Assembly: GCA_963707025.1 (NCBI GenBank)
Contig: CAVPOM010000007.1
Span: forward strand, 448,001-512,000
Direction: 5' to 3'
Length of the DNA: 64,000 nucleotides
DNA from: an uncultured Verrucomicrobiae bacterium
Lineage (GTDB): Bacteria; Verrucomicrobiota; Verrucomicrobiia; Limisphaerales; Palsa-1400
The position numbers and the translations under genes were made by a program. This document shows positions 18,992 through 28,899 of the stretch, one piece after another. Every line of letters begins with the position of its first letter. The stretch's first letter is position 1. Below the pieces are notes generated by a model. That model saw only the letters and a list, made by a program, of their open reading frames with translations. It had not been told where the DNA came from and did not search any database.

Positions 18992-21337
18992 ATGACTCCC
19001 TGGAGCACTGCCAGACCAACCCGGGCCATGATTCTAACATTGCTGGCGGCACGGTTAATCGCAGGCCCGGCCGTGACGGCGTTTGCGGAAGAATCGGGGG
19101 CGAAAGATGTGTTGACGCCAGCCGCGCCGGAATCGGTGCGGATCAGCGGGCGGCTGGGCGAGAAACTCGACCTGTGCCTGGCTCATCGAATTCTGGCGCA
19201 GGACATCGAGTCGGTGGTCGCACCCTATTGGGCCAAAACGGAAATCGGCGGCGCCGATTGGCGCTGTGAGTATTGGGGCAAGTGGTTTACGTCCCTGACG
19301 CTGGCCGACGCCTATCACTCCACGCCGGCCACGCGCGGCCTGCGCGATGAGGCGGCGCAGGCGTTGATGGCGACCGCGGCGCCGGATGGTTATCTGGGCA
19401 CGCGCGTGCCGGCCCACCGGCTGGAAGGCTGGGACGTTTGGGGATGCAAGTATGCCTTGCTTGGATTGATCGCGGATTACGACCGGACAGGCGACCCGGC
19501 GGCGCTGAGTGCGGCCCGACGACAAACCGATGTATTGATCGCCGAACTGGGCCCGGGCAAGACCAGCATCGCCGACGTCGGGGAATGGAACGGCTTGCCG
19601 GCCTCGTCGGTGCTGGAGCCGGTGGTTTTGGTTTACGAACGAACGGGCGAGAAAAAATACCTGGAATTTGCCGAACACATCGTGGCCTGCTGGGACCTGC
19701 CGTCAAAACGGATGCCGGGCGGCATGAGGCTGGTGGAAGATGCGTTGGCGGGGAAGAACCCGGCGGCGATGTGCTCCCCGAAAGCCTACGAAATGATGTC
19801 GTGCTTCGAGGGTTTGTGCGAACTCTACCGGGCCACCGGCAAACCCCAGTATCTCGAAGCGCCGATTAAACTGGCCGACGGCATCTTGCGCGAAGAAGCG
19901 ACCCTGGTGGGCGTCGGCACGCACAATGAAGTTTGGTTCGGTGGCGCCAAACAACAGACCGGCGTGGTCGAAAAGCCGATGGAGACCTGCGTGACGGTGA
20001 CGTGGATGAAGCTCTGTGACCAGCTCCTGCGCCTGACCGGCGACGCGCGGTATGCGGACGAGCTGGAGAAGAATCTCTACAACGGCCTGCTCGGGGCGAT
20101 GATGCCGGACGGGCAATGGTGGGCTTATTTTGATGGCTTGATGGGTGTGCGCGTGCCCAGTTATGTGCAACACGCCGATGTCGGGCTGAGTTGCTGCGTG
20201 GTCAACGGCCCGCGCGGGCTGATGCTGACGCCGTTCTGGGCCTTCATGCAAAGCGCCGCCGGCCCGGTCGTCAATCTTTACGCTCCCGCAACCGCGCAGG
20301 TCGGCGCCGTGAAACTGCAAATCACCGGCGACTATCCCGTGAGCGACCGCGTCGAAATCCGGGTGACGCCGGCCGGGACCGGGGAGTTCACTCTGTCCCT
20401 GCGCATCCCGGCCTGGAGTGAGCGGACGGAGCTGAAGGTGAACGGCGAGCCGCTGGCGGTTGCGCCCGGCTATGCGAAGATTCGCCGGACGTGGCATAAA
20501 GGCGACCGGGTGGCCATTACCTTCGACCTGGCGGCCAAGGTGCTTGCCTGCAATGGCCAGGTCGCGTTGCAGCGCGGCCCGGTGGTGTTGGCGCTGGACA
20601 ACCGTTTCACGCCCGCCGCCGCCGGCCGGATGACGCTGGACCGGCATCCAGAATTGAAACCGAACCCGGCTGCCGCGAAGAAGATCGGCGCCTGGATGGC
20701 GTTTGAGGTGGGCGCACTGACCTTTTGTGATTATGCCTCGGCCGGCAACGCCTTCAGTGAGCAAAATGTTTTTCGCACCTGGCTGCCGCAGCCGCTGGAT
20801 TTGGCGACCGTGTATGAGACCGGTCAGACGTGGCAGACACTTTCGCACGCCCGGACATGGACGAATCCGCCCAAGCCCCGCCCGCATGTGGAAAACCGGC
20901 GCAACGATTTGGCGCTGGCCGCCCACGGAGCCTCCGCCAGTTCGGACAGCGAGTATGCCAAGGAACCGGGCTGCACGGCCAAAGTCGTTGACGGGGTGAT
21001 TGCCACCCCCGGAGACTTTTCCAACCGCTGGCATTCGTCGCTCGACCAGCCGCACCCGCATTGGGTCGAAGTGCATCTGGCCAAGCCCGCGAAGATTTCC
21101 ACGGTGGTGATTCACTTCGCCGACCCGGCCGGTTACCCGGTCAGCTTCGAGGGCACGGTGCGGGTCAACGGCCAGGAACGTCAGGTCATCCACGTGACCG
21201 GCAACCAGCAGCCGCAAGTTTACCGGGCCAAGATTGAGCCGGTGACGACGGATGGCTTCCGATTGACCATTCGAGCCTCCGCCAATCCAGCCTACCCTAA
21301 CGCAGCCCAGATCAGTGAAATCGAACTATACCCATAA
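18992..21337 (+). CDS. GH127-like beta-L-arabinofuranosidase with C-terminal F5/8 type C (discoidin) domain
   Basis: EYWGKW, METC, YADELEKNLYN, SCC..NG and LRIPAW motifs; C-terminal DG...RW.S..PHWVEV..ISEIELY. Confidence 0.85.
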   Translation: MTPWSTARPTRAMILTLLAARLIAGPAVTAFAEESGAKDVLTPAAPESVRISGRLGEKLDLCLAHRILAQDIESVVAPYWAKTEIGGADWRCEYWGKWFTSLTLADAYHSTPATRGLRDEAAQALMATAAPDGYLGTRVPAHRLEGWDVWGCKYALLGLIADYDRTGDPAALSAARRQTDVLIAELGPGKTSIADVGEWNGLPASSVLEPVVLVYERTGEKKYLEFAEHIVACWDLPSKRMPGGMRLVEDALAGKNPAAMCSPKAYEMMSCFEGLCELYRATGKPQYLEAPIKLADGILREEATLVGVGTHNEVWFGGAKQQTGVVEKPMETCVTVTWMKLCDQLLRLTGDARYADELEKNLYNGLLGAMMPDGQWWAYFDGLMGVRVPSYVQHADVGLSCCVVNGPRGLMLTPFWAFMQSAAGPVVNLYAPATAQVGAVKLQITGDYPVSDRVEIRVTPAGTGEFTLSLRIPAWSERTELKVNGEPLAVAPGYAKIRRTWHKGDRVAITFDLAAKVLACNGQVALQRGPVVLALDNRFTPAAAGRMTLDRHPELKPNPAAAKKIGAWMAFEVGALTFCDYASAGNAFSEQNVFRTWLPQPLDLATVYETGQTWQTLSHARTWTNPPKPRPHVENRRNDLALAAHGASASSDSEYAKEPGCTAKVVDGVIATPGDFSNRWHSSLDQPHPHWVEVHLAKPAKISTVVIHFADPAGYPVSFEGTVRVNGQERQVIHVTGNQQPQVYRAKIEPVTTDGFRLTIRASANPAYPNAAQISEIELYP

Positions 21338-21450
21338 AAAGAGTCCATTTGCCGTGCTGGAACACCGACGACATCCCGCGGTCTGGCTGCGGCGCATTTC
21401 ACTTGTGATGGCGCTGCTCAGACTCGGGCAGGGTTTAAGTGATTCAAAGG

Positions 21451-21548
21451 ATTGAAAACTGGTCATTGAGAATTGGTCATTTGTCATCGGAAACCGACCA
21501 ACGTTCTTCCGATAACCAATAACAAATCTTCGATTGCCAATTCTCCAT
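21451..21548. repeat. Long imperfect inverted repeat built from ~7-nt units, between convergent genes
   Basis: Arm 21451-21492 pairs imperfectly with arm 21507-21548; the innermost ATCGGAA / TTCCGAT is perfect. Confidence 0.65.
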
Positions 21549-21635
21549 CGAGAGGTCCCAAATCATAAACGTTTTACTTGGCCGGCGGGACTTGCCCAAA
21601 AAAGTGAAACGCGCCCTCTGGCTTTTCAATTAGTG

Positions 21636-21725
21636 GGTAGTGCCTTGATTTGGAGTAGAGCCGAGCGTGTGGCGCGACTTCGGCGCACAGCGCCGACACT
21701 ACAACAACGAAATTAAGGAGTTGGC
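21636..21725. mobile_element. Degenerate second copy of the 90-bp MITE
   Basis: Shares cgacttcggcgcacagcgccgacactacaacaa..gaaattaagg with 17271-17360. The right TIR is decayed and no TSD is visible. Confidence 0.8.
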
Positions 21726-22759
21726 GGGACCGGTGCCGCCCCGGGTTTATACGTTGCGGTTATTTTTACATCGGAGGACGGCATGGTGAAAGTCGCTGCC
21801 GGATTATTGACGGCAGCGATAACGGCGGATCCGGAAGAGACAACCCACTTGTCAAATGACTTCCCGGCCGGGGCCATGTTGGCCGTGAGGCTGACCATCG
21901 TCTCAGGCAGGTAGGGACCGGTGCCGGTTCCACCATCCACCGCGCAGACACAGGCTGTTGCATCCACCCACTGCCAGGTTCGGATATAATCAACTTCAAA
22001 TTTCATGGGGAACTCGGTGGCGGACGGGTCTCCTCCCGTTTGCCCGATGGCCAGATTGACCCGCATGTATTGCGGTGCTTTAAATGGATTGGCGCCGTTT
22101 GGCCCGGTGCCATCAGCGTTGGTTAAAAGGTAATGGTTCACCAACCGTCCATCCAAGGAGAGGTCTATCTTGGTCGCATCCCATTCCATGATCCAGGTAT
22201 GGAATTGGGAAGCCCAGGCCGCGCCACCCAAAGCCTTGGCGGAAAGGGTTGGATTGGCCCACCCCCTTTTTCCGTTCATGACGTTGAACAACAGCTTGTC
22301 GGTGTAGTATTCCATCATGTCAATTTCACCGCCGGCGGGCCAGCCTCCCGAAACCCCCGTGGTCCACCAGGCCGGCCAGCTTCCCGAACGAATGTCAATG
22401 CGGCCTCGCATCTCGAACCGGCCGTATAACCAGGATTTCAGTCCAATGGTGCTGATGGCGGCGGAAGTGTATTGGTTTGTTCCCACCCGTTTGGCCTCAA
22501 GGACAAGAAGGCCGTTGGTGCAATCACCATTGGCCCGATCCAATCTGGCGTCGCGCACCATGGAGCCGCCGCCGTCCCATTTCCACACGTTGCTCACAAT
22601 CGGAGTGCCGGTCCGGTCGAATTCATCGCTCCAGGTGAATTGCCAGCCGCCCGCGGCCGCAGCCGCACCAATGGGGTTGAGGGTAACTGCCATGGCACAA
22701 AGTTCCACAAGCCGAATCATAAGCCGTCTTGATATGCTGCAAGAATAGCGCGTCTTCAT
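21713..22759 (-). CDS. GH16 family glycoside hydrolase (laminarinase-like) with a short C-terminal beta domain
   Basis: WSDEFD, GRFEMR, WPAWW and catalytic EIDMME; signal peptide. Confidence 0.88.
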   Translation of the reverse strand: MKTRYSCSISRRLMIRLVELCAMAVTLNPIGAAAAAGGWQFTWSDEFDRTGTPIVSNVWKWDGGGSMVRDARLDRANGDCTNGLLVLEAKRVGTNQYTSAAISTIGLKSWLYGRFEMRGRIDIRSGSWPAWWTTGVSGGWPAGGEIDMMEYYTDKLLFNVMNGKRGWANPTLSAKALGGAAWASQFHTWIMEWDATKIDLSLDGRLVNHYLLTNADGTGPNGANPFKAPQYMRVNLAIGQTGGDPSATEFPMKFEVDYIRTWQWVDATACVCAVDGGTGTGPYLPETMVSLTANMAPAGKSFDKWVVSSGSAVIAAVNNPAATFTMPSSDVKITATYKPGAAPVPPTP

Positions 22760-22890
22760 GGTATGCTCCTTCGTTCATGCGGTTGGCAATGGGGCGACGA
22801 TAAGGCATCGAGCAGACCCAATCAACCACCAATGGGCAGCGGCGCCGGTCGAGTCGCACCAAAGCATCCGTTGACGGTTTCCCGCCATCG

Positions 22891-23364
22891 TTAGAGGGCG
22901 GCCAGCACTTCCTCCCAGTGCTCGGCGACTTTCACCTTCGGCCAGATCTTCTTGATCTTCCCGTCCGGCCCGATCAAAAACGTGGCCCGTGCCGTCCCAA
23001 CATATTGTAAGCCCATGAAAGTCCGCGGCCCCCAGACGCCGTAAGCCTCGACTATCTTTTTGTCCTCATCCGCCAGCAAGGTGAAGGGCAGCTTGTGCTT
23101 CTCCACGAATTTGTCGTGCGACTGCACTGTGTCCGTGCTCACGCCCAGAACGACCGCCCCTTTCTTTTTGAATTCGGCCCAGTGATCCCGAAAGGCGCAG
23201 GCTTCCCTGGTGCAACCCGGCGTATTATCTTTCGGGTAAAAATAAAGAATCACATTCTTCCCCTTGTAATCCGAGAGCGAAATCCTCCCTTGGCCATTGG
23301 TTGCCGCGGTGAACGATGGAGCGATGTCGCCTTCCTTGAGTTTCAATTGCAATGCATTGGCCAT
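22891..23364 (-). CDS. bcp: Bacterioferritin comigratory protein (peroxiredoxin Q)
   Basis: LYFYPKDNTPGCTREAC motif; start MANALQ at 23364. Confidence 0.93.
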   Translation of the reverse strand: MANALQLKLKEGDIAPSFTAATNGQGRISLSDYKGKNVILYFYPKDNTPGCTREACAFRDHWAEFKKKGAVVLGVSTDTVQSHDKFVEKHKLPFTLLADEDKKIVEAYGVWGPRTFMGLQYVGTARATFLIGPDGKIKKIWPKVKVAEHWEEVLAAL

Positions 23365-23557
23365 AGTGAGCGGCACTCTGTCCCAATCGCGAGTCCATTT
23401 CAACAATGCAAAGCGAGGATGTCCCGCTTCCCTTGATGGTTTCTTGCGCTGGGATCATGTCGGGCATAAGGTGAGAGCACCCCTTGGAGCGAAGCCTCGC
23501 CGGATATAATCATTTGCATCCAATCCGCAGGAACCCCAGCACGCAGCGCCGACAGGC

Positions 23558-23740
23558 GGGCGCGTCTTGACACTGCTGCCGGCGGAGTGCGGCCGTCCCC
23601 GGCCGCAGCAAGCCAGGGATTGTTTGGGTGCTCAGGAAAATCACCGCCGCGCCTTGTTTTCCACGCTGCTGCGCCCGAGGACGGGCGCACTCCTGTGGCA
23701 GTCTTGCGACTGACGCCGGTAGCAGCGTCAAGATGCGCCC
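23558..23740. mobile_element. 183-bp MITE with TIRs, 9-bp TSD and internal REP doublet
   Basis: TIRs GGGCGCGTCTTGAC / GTCAAGATGCGCCC; TSD CCGACAGGC at 23549-23557 and 23741-23749; internal GGAGTGCGGCCGTCCCCGGCCGCAGCA ... TGCTGCGCCCGAGGACGGGCGCACTCC. Confidence 0.85.
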
Positions 23741-23801
23741 CCGACAGGCCAATACGCGAGCTTCCATTGCGGCCGGCAACGATGTAAAAAACCCTTCAAA
23801 C

Positions 23802-26800
23802 ATGCCGAAACACCTTTCACTGGAAGAATGGATTTCAAAGAAGGCGGCCGTGTTTGCGGCCCAGACCAAGGCGGCGGCGGCGCTGGCATCCCTGCTGGTC
23901 GCCGCACACGGTGTGGCCAATGCCCAGACCGTGGCGCGGTGGTCCTGGCAGGAACCGCAGGCGAAGGTGCGGCCAACCGGCGATCTGGAGTGGGCGCCAA
24001 AGACCTTCGCGTTCAAGCCAGGCCAGTCGGTTCGCTACATTGATTTCCAGTCCGGCAACGACGCCAACGACGGCCTCTCAAAGCAGACGCCTTGGAAGCA
24101 CCACCCCTGGGACCCCGAGGCCGTCGCCGCGGCGGCGGCCTGCAAGGGCGTGCATACCTACATCTTCAAACAGGGCGTGGACTACCGCGGCGAGATGAAC
24201 GCGCATGAGTCGGGGACGGCGGACGCCCCCATCCTCCTGACCCGGGACCCGTCCTGGGGCGAAGGGCCGGCGGTCATCTGCGGTTCGGAGGCGGTGACGG
24301 GCTGGCAGAAGGGCGCCGACAACAACCTCATCCCGGAGCCGGAGAAGGTCTGGCACGTGGACCTCGACTGGGCGCCGCGCACCGTTTGGATGGTCGGCCG
24401 GGACGGCGCCGTGACGCGCATCGCCCTGGCCCGCACACCCAACTGGACGATCAGCGACCCGGACGATATCCAGAGCGAGTGGTGGACCTGGAAGAACCCG
24501 GACAAGCCGTTTGACAACTACGCCACGATCAACGGCGAGCGGCGGCATTTGGCGTTCGACAAGGACGACATCAACCAGAGCAAGCCGCAGAATTACTACG
24601 AGGGCGCCATCGTCTGGACCACCAAGGGCTGGGTGATGGGGAACCCCTTCCCGGCCAGGGTCCTGGCAGTGGACCGCCAGAACGGCTCGCTCGTCTTCCC
24701 CGGCCAGTGGGGCGGCGCACCGTCCTACAAGATCATCCGCGGCTGCCGCTTCTATCTGGAAGACAAACCCCAGTATCTGGACAGCCCGGGCGAGTTCTGG
24801 TTCGACAAGAAGGGACAAGGCGGCCGGCTCTACCTCCGCCTGCCCGGCGACCAGGACCCCAACCTTGTCCGGGTCGAGGTGGCGCAAGCGGATCCACATG
24901 ATCGAAAGCTCGCGGCATGAGCCATGTGCGCATCAATGGGCTTGCCTTTCGCTTCAGCAATGTTTACTGGAACCTGACCGCCGCCCCTTACTGGGTCTCC
25001 CATGAGAGCATTGACGTGCAACCCGGCTGCGTGCGCCTGTTGGGCAGCGGCACGGACATCGCGGTGACGCACTGCATCTTCGAGCACGTCCACAAGGGCG
25101 TCCGCCTCAAGGCCACGGGCCGGCACGATGCCATTGACCAGGTGGTCGTTGAGGACAACGTGTTCTCCGATGCGGACTCCGGAGGGGTGGAGATCGCAGA
25201 CAGTTCAACTTACGGGGACGTGGCGCCCCCGATGGGCCGCCTCTACGATGTCCGCGTGCTGCGCAACAAGTTCGACCACATCGGCCTCCGTCCCGACCTC
25301 TTCAGCCAGGGCGAGGCGGTGGAAATTGATTACGCCCAGACTGCGGAGGTGGCCGGGAACTTCTGTCGATCGGATTTGCGCCCAGGGGATTGATGTTCAT
25401 GGCGCCAAGCCGAGCGGCGCCGCCACCGACCGCCCTTTCGCCCGCCTTCTCATCCACCACAACAAAGTGGTTGATTCGCTGATCAACGTGGACGATTTCG
25501 GCGGCATCGAGACCTGGCAGGGCGGCCCGGCCTACGTCTATGACAACATCTCCGGCAATCCCGGCGGCTACCGCAACTGGGATCATGTATTGAACCCCAA
25601 TACGGAGGACCGCTTCGGCCACGCCTATTACCTGGACGGCGCTTTCAAGAACTACCACTTCAACAACATCGCCTGGGGCAAGTCCAAGGGCCCGGCCGGC
25701 AAGCTGGCCAACACCTCCGCCTTCCAGGAGATCATCAGTTACCAGAACACCTTCTTCAACAACACCATCTACAACTTCGTGCGCGGCTCGCGCCGGCAGG
25801 ACCCCAGGCCGGCCGTGTCAAGTTCCTGGGCAACCTTTGGCAGAGCATGGGCCTGCGCGTCTTCCGCGATGCCGATCCGGCGGCCAGCGAGGCCGCCGGC
25901 AACAAGGCCGCCGCCGGAGCCAGCCGCAGCCAATACGCCATAGAGACCGATGCTTACGCCCGCAATGTTTTCTACGACTCGGGGGAGAGCTTCGGCGTTT
26001 TCGAGCCTTCCGGGCGCTGGCACAAGACGCTCCAGTCCTTCCAGGAAGCCTTGGCGGCCTACCAACCGCTGGCTGCGACCGTGGGTGTCATGGCGGAGCA
26101 GCCGCCCTTGCGCGATCCAGCCGCTCACGACTTCCGGCCGTCCAGCCAGCTCGGCGGCCCGCGGGCTGGGCGCCAAGGTGTTCGTGCCGTGGAGCCTCTT
26201 CGAGACGGTGGCCGAATGGAACTTCTGCCCCATCCCAGGCGATCCGGCGCGTATCCTCGACGAGCACTGGTGCATGTCCCCCTGCTACACGGCGCGTGAG
26301 AACTACTACAAGTTCCCCACCTATCCGCTCAAGGCCGTCAATGTCACCCTGCAAGACTACCAGAACGGCCCGCTGGAGAACTGGACCACCGGCGCCCTGC
26401 GCTTCAACGGGCGCGACCAATACGCCGTCCTCAGCAATGCGGACATCACCCGCCCGGTCACCATGGAGGGCCAGAGGGGCGCCCAGGAGCGCACCGTCAG
26501 CGGCGCGGACTTGAGTAACCCTCAGATCTACGCTTCGAGCTTTCTGATAGAGGTTTACTTCAAAATGTCGCCAGGACAAAAGGATGCGACGCTGCTGCAA
26601 AAGATGGACGACACCGGCTACTTCCTGCATGTCAACGCGGCGGGAGGCGTGATTTTGGCAGCGAAGGCGGTTGGCGCCAAAGCGAGCCTGTCCAGCCACA
26701 GCCCAGTCAACGACGGCAACTGGCACCACGTCATAGCCGAGGCGGACCGCACAGCAGGAACTTTCACAATCTACCTCGATGGCAACATAGACGCCCGCGG

Positions 26801-27045
26801 GCCTGGCCTCGGCGCGGACGTTCTCGCTGGCCAACGAGGCCGACCTCTATGTGGGCGGCACGCCGCAGGGGCACAACCTGGACGGTATGATTGACTTCCT
26901 GCGCATCGCCCGCGGCACCCTGGCCGACGCAAAGACGACCATTGCTGAACTCTATGCGTGGGAGTTCGACGGGCCCTTCCTTTACGACTTCACCGGCCGA
27001 AAGCGTCCAGCCGATGGCGGAGAGGCTGGCGCCATTGACGAATAA
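23802..27045 (+). CDS. Large secreted parallel beta-helix protein with C-terminal LamG-like domain, broken by about five frameshifts
   Basis: ORF fragments 23628, 24917, 25128, 25847, 25950 and 26851 read as one protein: GNDANDGLSKQTPWK, YLDSPGEFWFD, Asn-rich beta-helix, NDGNWHHV..IYLDG LamG motif. Confidence 0.75.
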
Positions 27046-27103
27046 CTCGTCAGAGTCAGATCATATTGGCAGCGAGTTTTGACGCAACTGGTTGCAAATA
27101 AAA

Positions 27104-27180
27104 TGGTGCCAGCGACTGGAATCGAACCAGTGACCTCGGGCTTATGAGTCCCACGCTCTAACCAACTGAGCTACGCTGGC
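27104..27180 (-). tRNA. tRNA with CAT anticodon (elongator Met; Ile2 not excluded)
   Basis: GCCAGCGTAGCTCAGTTGGTTAGAGCGTGGGACTCATAAGCCCGAGGTCACTGGTTCGATTCCAGTCGCTGGCACCA; G1-C72 is paired, so not an initiator tRNA. Confidence 0.93.
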
Positions 27181-27335
27181 CTGCCGGCCGATTATCATTC
27201 AGGCCGCGGGCGGGAACTGTCAAACCCATTCTTCCGGGGGGTTTGCCGGGGCGCCTCTTGCGACGGCCGCCCTTGCCAGCACGAACCCCCCCCCGGCCCC
27301 GGCCTGGCGGGGCGGGGGAATTGGCCAATGGCGCG

Positions 27336-28187
27336 TCAGAGGTAAAGGGCCTGTTCCAGATGCCGCACCACCACGCTCATGAAGGGATAACGCTCGGTCA
27401 GGTCGCGGGCCAGGCATTTGAGAATGACTTTTTCCAGGGCGGCGGGAATGTCGGGATTGAGCTCGCGCGGTGGAATCAGCTCGTCGTTGAGCTGTTTGCG
27501 CAGAATCTCCTCCGGCGTCTCGCCCGGAAACGGCTTGGCCAGCGTGAGCACTTCGTAAGCGGACACGCCGAAGGCGAAAATATCGGTGCGCTGGTCCAGG
27601 CCCTCGCGCTGCAATTGTTCCGGAGCCATATAGGCGGGGGTGCCGGGATTGTGCGCCATTCTTTTGGGCCTTTCCGGTTTGGGCCGGGCCAAGTCGAAGT
27701 CCACCAGGCGGACGCTGGCGTTGCGGGTCACCAGGATGTTCTCCGGCTTGTAATCCAGGTGGATGAAGCCGCTCTCATGGACGTGTTCCAGGGCGATGGC
27801 CATGTCAATTATAATCTGCGCCACATGGTCCGCCAGCGCCGGATCGTTGCGCCCCAGCAATTGTTTCAAGTTCGAGCCTTCCACATATTCCATGAGCAAA
27901 TAGGGCGTGCCCCCGATCCGGCCGTGCTCGAAATAGCCGATCACCTTGTCGTGCTCGTGAATTTGGGAAAGGATTTTGCAGCCGCGGGCGAAACGGCGGC
28001 GGGCCAGGAAATTGAAGCGCAGATCCTCGTGCAGGCGGCGCAGGGCAAAGGCGGCGCCTTGCGGGTCGGTGGCCACCCAGATGTCGGCCATGCCGCCGCT
28101 GTTGATCAATTCCTGCAAATAGAAGCGGCCGAAACGCCCCGGTTGCGGCGTCGGCCTGGCCTCCAGATCCATTGCGTCAGTTTCCAT
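27336..28187 (-). CDS. Hanks-type Ser/Thr protein kinase, catalytic domain only
   Basis: SGGMA, HLDYKPENIL, DFDLA, GTPAYMAPEQ and DIFAFG motifs. Confidence 0.9.
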   Translation of the reverse strand: METDAMDLEARPTPQPGRFGRFYLQELINSGGMADIWVATDPQGAAFALRRLHEDLRFNFLARRRFARGCKILSQIHEHDKVIGYFEHGRIGGTPYLLMEYVEGSNLKQLLGRNDPALADHVAQIIIDMAIALEHVHESGFIHLDYKPENILVTRNASVRLVDFDLARPKPERPKRMAHNPGTPAYMAPEQLQREGLDQRTDIFAFGVSAYEVLTLAKPFPGETPEEILRKQLNDELIPPRELNPDIPAALEKVILKCLARDLTERYPFMSVVVRHLEQALYL

Positions 28188-28365
28188 AAAACGGTCCTCA
28201 CACCAACCCCAGCCCCCATCCCGCCTAAACACGCGATTTTAGGGTCAATGGGCCGACAGATGCCAGCAAAAGAAAAAGAACCGATTTGCACTTTGAACTT
28301 GAGTGTGGCGGCGGATTTTGGCTGAATCGGCCTTCCCCAGGCGACCGATGGGGGGGAATTTGGAT

Positions 28366-28451
28366 GGTAGGTTACCCAAGTGGCCAACGGGGGCAGACTG
28401 TAAATCTGCTGGCTTACGCCTTCGATGGTTCGAATCCATCACCTACCACCA
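28366..28451 (+). tRNA. tRNA-Tyr (GTA)
   Basis: Acceptor stem GGTAGGT/ACCTACC, anticodon arm GCAGA CTGTAAA TCTGC, long variable arm, GGTTCGAATCC and 3' CCA. Confidence 0.95.
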
Positions 28452-28899
28452 CCCCTTTTTCACGGGGTGAACATCACCAAGCTCCTTTATTTTCAATTGT
28501 TTTATTGGTGTTTTCGCTTTTTGGAATGTGCGCTTTTCTGCTCTTGGCGGCTTTTGGCGGCGTTCCTAAACGGATGCTCGTAAAGCATACAGAAAGCAAC
28601 CCATTGGCTTTGAGGCTGGTTTCCCGCTGGCGCTTGGTTTGGGCTTCCGATGACGTCGAAACCCAACGCCAAGGGCAAACCAGCGCGAAGGCCGGGCATT
28701 GCAGCGGGTCTGGCGGCGTTAGCTTGGTCCCGCGACCTGCGGTTGCAACATCGCCCGGCGCTGGCCGTCAACCGGCAGGGGCGTGAATCTTTGACCTGCA
28801 CGCAACGCGCAAAAGTCAAACCGCCGCCATCAACAATTCCTCGACCGTGCAAGAAACCTTCCATGTCCCAGCATGGTTTGGCATCCTGGAGTTTGTCGA

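Noticed and set aside
28452..28620. AT-rich stretch after tRNA-Tyr as an att site of the element
   Set aside because: I found no duplicate of the tRNA 3' end in the window and no integrase next to it.
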